Of a DNA stretch of 28,299 nucleotides, positions 27,267 through 28,299 are shown in pieces. Positions within the stretch are counted from its first letter, which is position 1; every line of letters begins with the position of its first letter. Below the pieces are notes generated by a model. It saw only the letters and a program-made list of their open reading frames with translations, did not search any database and was not told where the DNA came from. Source of the DNA: Parcubacteria group bacterium CG2_30_45_37 (GTDB lineage Bacteria > Patescibacteriota > Patescibacteriia > Patescibacteriales > GWC2-42-12); assembly GCA_001873515.1 (NCBI GenBank), contig MNZH01000004.1, forward strand, positions 1-28,299, in the 5' to 3' direction. Both the position numbers and the translations under genes were made by a program.

Positions 27267-28299
27267 ATGGAACTTACCAATCGTCCAATTAAAATAAACA
27301 TCACCAGCGCCACGGTTTTTAAAATCGTCGCGATTTTGCTGTTGTTTTATTTTTTGTACTTAATCAGCGACATCTTAATTCTGTTTTTCGTTTCTTTGGT
27401 ATTCTCCAGCGCTCTTGACCCTTGGGTGGACAAGCTGAAGCAGAAAGGCATCCCTCGTTCGCTGAGCGTTTTGGTGATTTATTTAATTTTTTTCGCGGTT
27501 TTGGGCGCGGCCATTTATTTGATAACGCCGGTAATTGTTAAAGAAATCAACGGCATCTCCGCCAACTCTTCGCATTATTTTGATTTAGTTTTTTCAAAAT
27601 TCAGCAGTTTGCAGGACTACTCTTTGAGATACGGCCTATTGGATAATGTCGCCGGTTCGTTTGATATTTTTACCGGCTATCTGGAGACTACGGCCTCGGG
27701 CGTGTTTTTTACCTTGTTCACCATTTTCGGCGGCATCTTTTCCTTCGCCTTGATTTTAGTTTTAACTTTTTATATGGTGGTGGAAGAGAGCGCCATAAAA
27801 AAGCTGATTTGGTCGCTGGCGCCGGCCAAACACCAAGCCTATCTGATGCATTTGGTCAACCGCCTGCAATTGAAAATGGGCTACTGGCCGCGCGGCCAGC
27901 TGATTATCGCTTTGTCTTTGGCTGTCATGTCCTATATCGGCCTGGAAATTTTGGGCGTTAATTACGCCGCGGTGTTGGCGATTTTAGTCGGCCTGTTTTC
28001 TTTCATTCCTTACATGGGAGCGATTTTCGGCGCCATCCCGGCCGTGTTTATCGCTTTCACAGAGTCTAGCGTCTTGGCGGTTTTGTCCGTAATTTTGTTT
28101 TATATCATCCATTTTATTGAAGGCAATTTTCTTCAGCCCAAAGTCATGCAGAAAGCGGTGGGCTTAAACCCGATTATCAGCATCCTGGCCATACTGGCCG
28201 GGTTTAAATTGGCCGGCATCTTCGGCGCGGTTTTGTCCATCCCGGTTTCCACGGCTTTGGCGGTTTTCATTAAGGACGTATTTGCGGGCCGGGAGGCAA
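27267..28299 (+). CDS. AI-2E (PerM/UPF0118) family transporter, 3' end outside window
   Basis: Missing from the ORF track because there is no stop. Hand translation: MELTNRPIKINITSATVFKIVAILLL.., ALDPWVDKLKQKGIPR, RGQL, FIPYMG, LEGNFLQPKVMQKAVGLNP, GAVLSIP. Confidence 0.9.
   Translation, partial: MELTNRPIKINITSATVFKIVAILLLFYFLYLISDILILFFVSLVFSSALDPWVDKLKQKGIPRSLSVLVIYLIFFAVLGAAIYLITPVIVKEINGISANSSHYFDLVFSKFSSLQDYSLRYGLLDNVAGSFDIFTGYLETTASGVFFTLFTIFGGIFSFALILVLTFYMVVEESAIKKLIWSLAPAKHQAYLMHLVNRLQLKMGYWPRGQLIIALSLAVMSYIGLEILGVNYAAVLAILVGLFSFIPYMGAIFGAIPAVFIAFTESSVLAVLSVILFYIIHFIEGNFLQPKVMQKAVGLNPIISILAILAGFKLAGIFGAVLSIPVSTALAVFIKDVFAGREA

Noticed and set aside
27880-27905. AI-2E transporter reads GYWPRGQL where WLRGQ is more usual
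   Set aside because: A single T-to-C change could be polymorphism or consensus error; the frame is intact.

Overview
A 28.3 kb window of a bacterial chromosome, translation table 11. It is most likely a Patescibacteria/CPR (Parcubacteria-like) genome; this is inferred from the stand-alone PPDK_N-type gene, the bS21 sequence, near-absence of Shine-Dalgarno motifs and the short palindromic repeats. It is mostly housekeeping: topA-dprA, pth-der, an LCP protein, lepB-hisS-rpsU-yqeY, tsaC-tatD, a complete F1Fo ATP synthase operon, CIRCE-groES-groEL and an AI-2E transporter running off the right edge. An accessory segment (about 10.3-16.0 kb) holds a doubly damaged secreted beta-helix/alpha-beta-hydrolase gene, an IS200-type element, a NYN nuclease, an orphan PEP-synthase N-terminal domain, a stand-alone GHKL ATPase and a 22-codon remnant of a PEP-utiliser His-domain gene. 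The strongest unexplained signal is the dprA-pth intergenic region. It appears to encode two tandem + strand RNAs, each with its own sigma70-type promoter, a 28-29 bp G-U-rich duplex and an apical CCUCC motif. Also notable: apart from repeat-derived G-tracts before tsaC and tatD, rpsU is the only gene with a clear SD; several palindromic repeat families invade coding sequences and 5' regions; and ATP synthase gamma has an insertion at the chloroplast-type regulatory position. Pairings and coordinates were worked out by hand. No database searches or folding programs were run.
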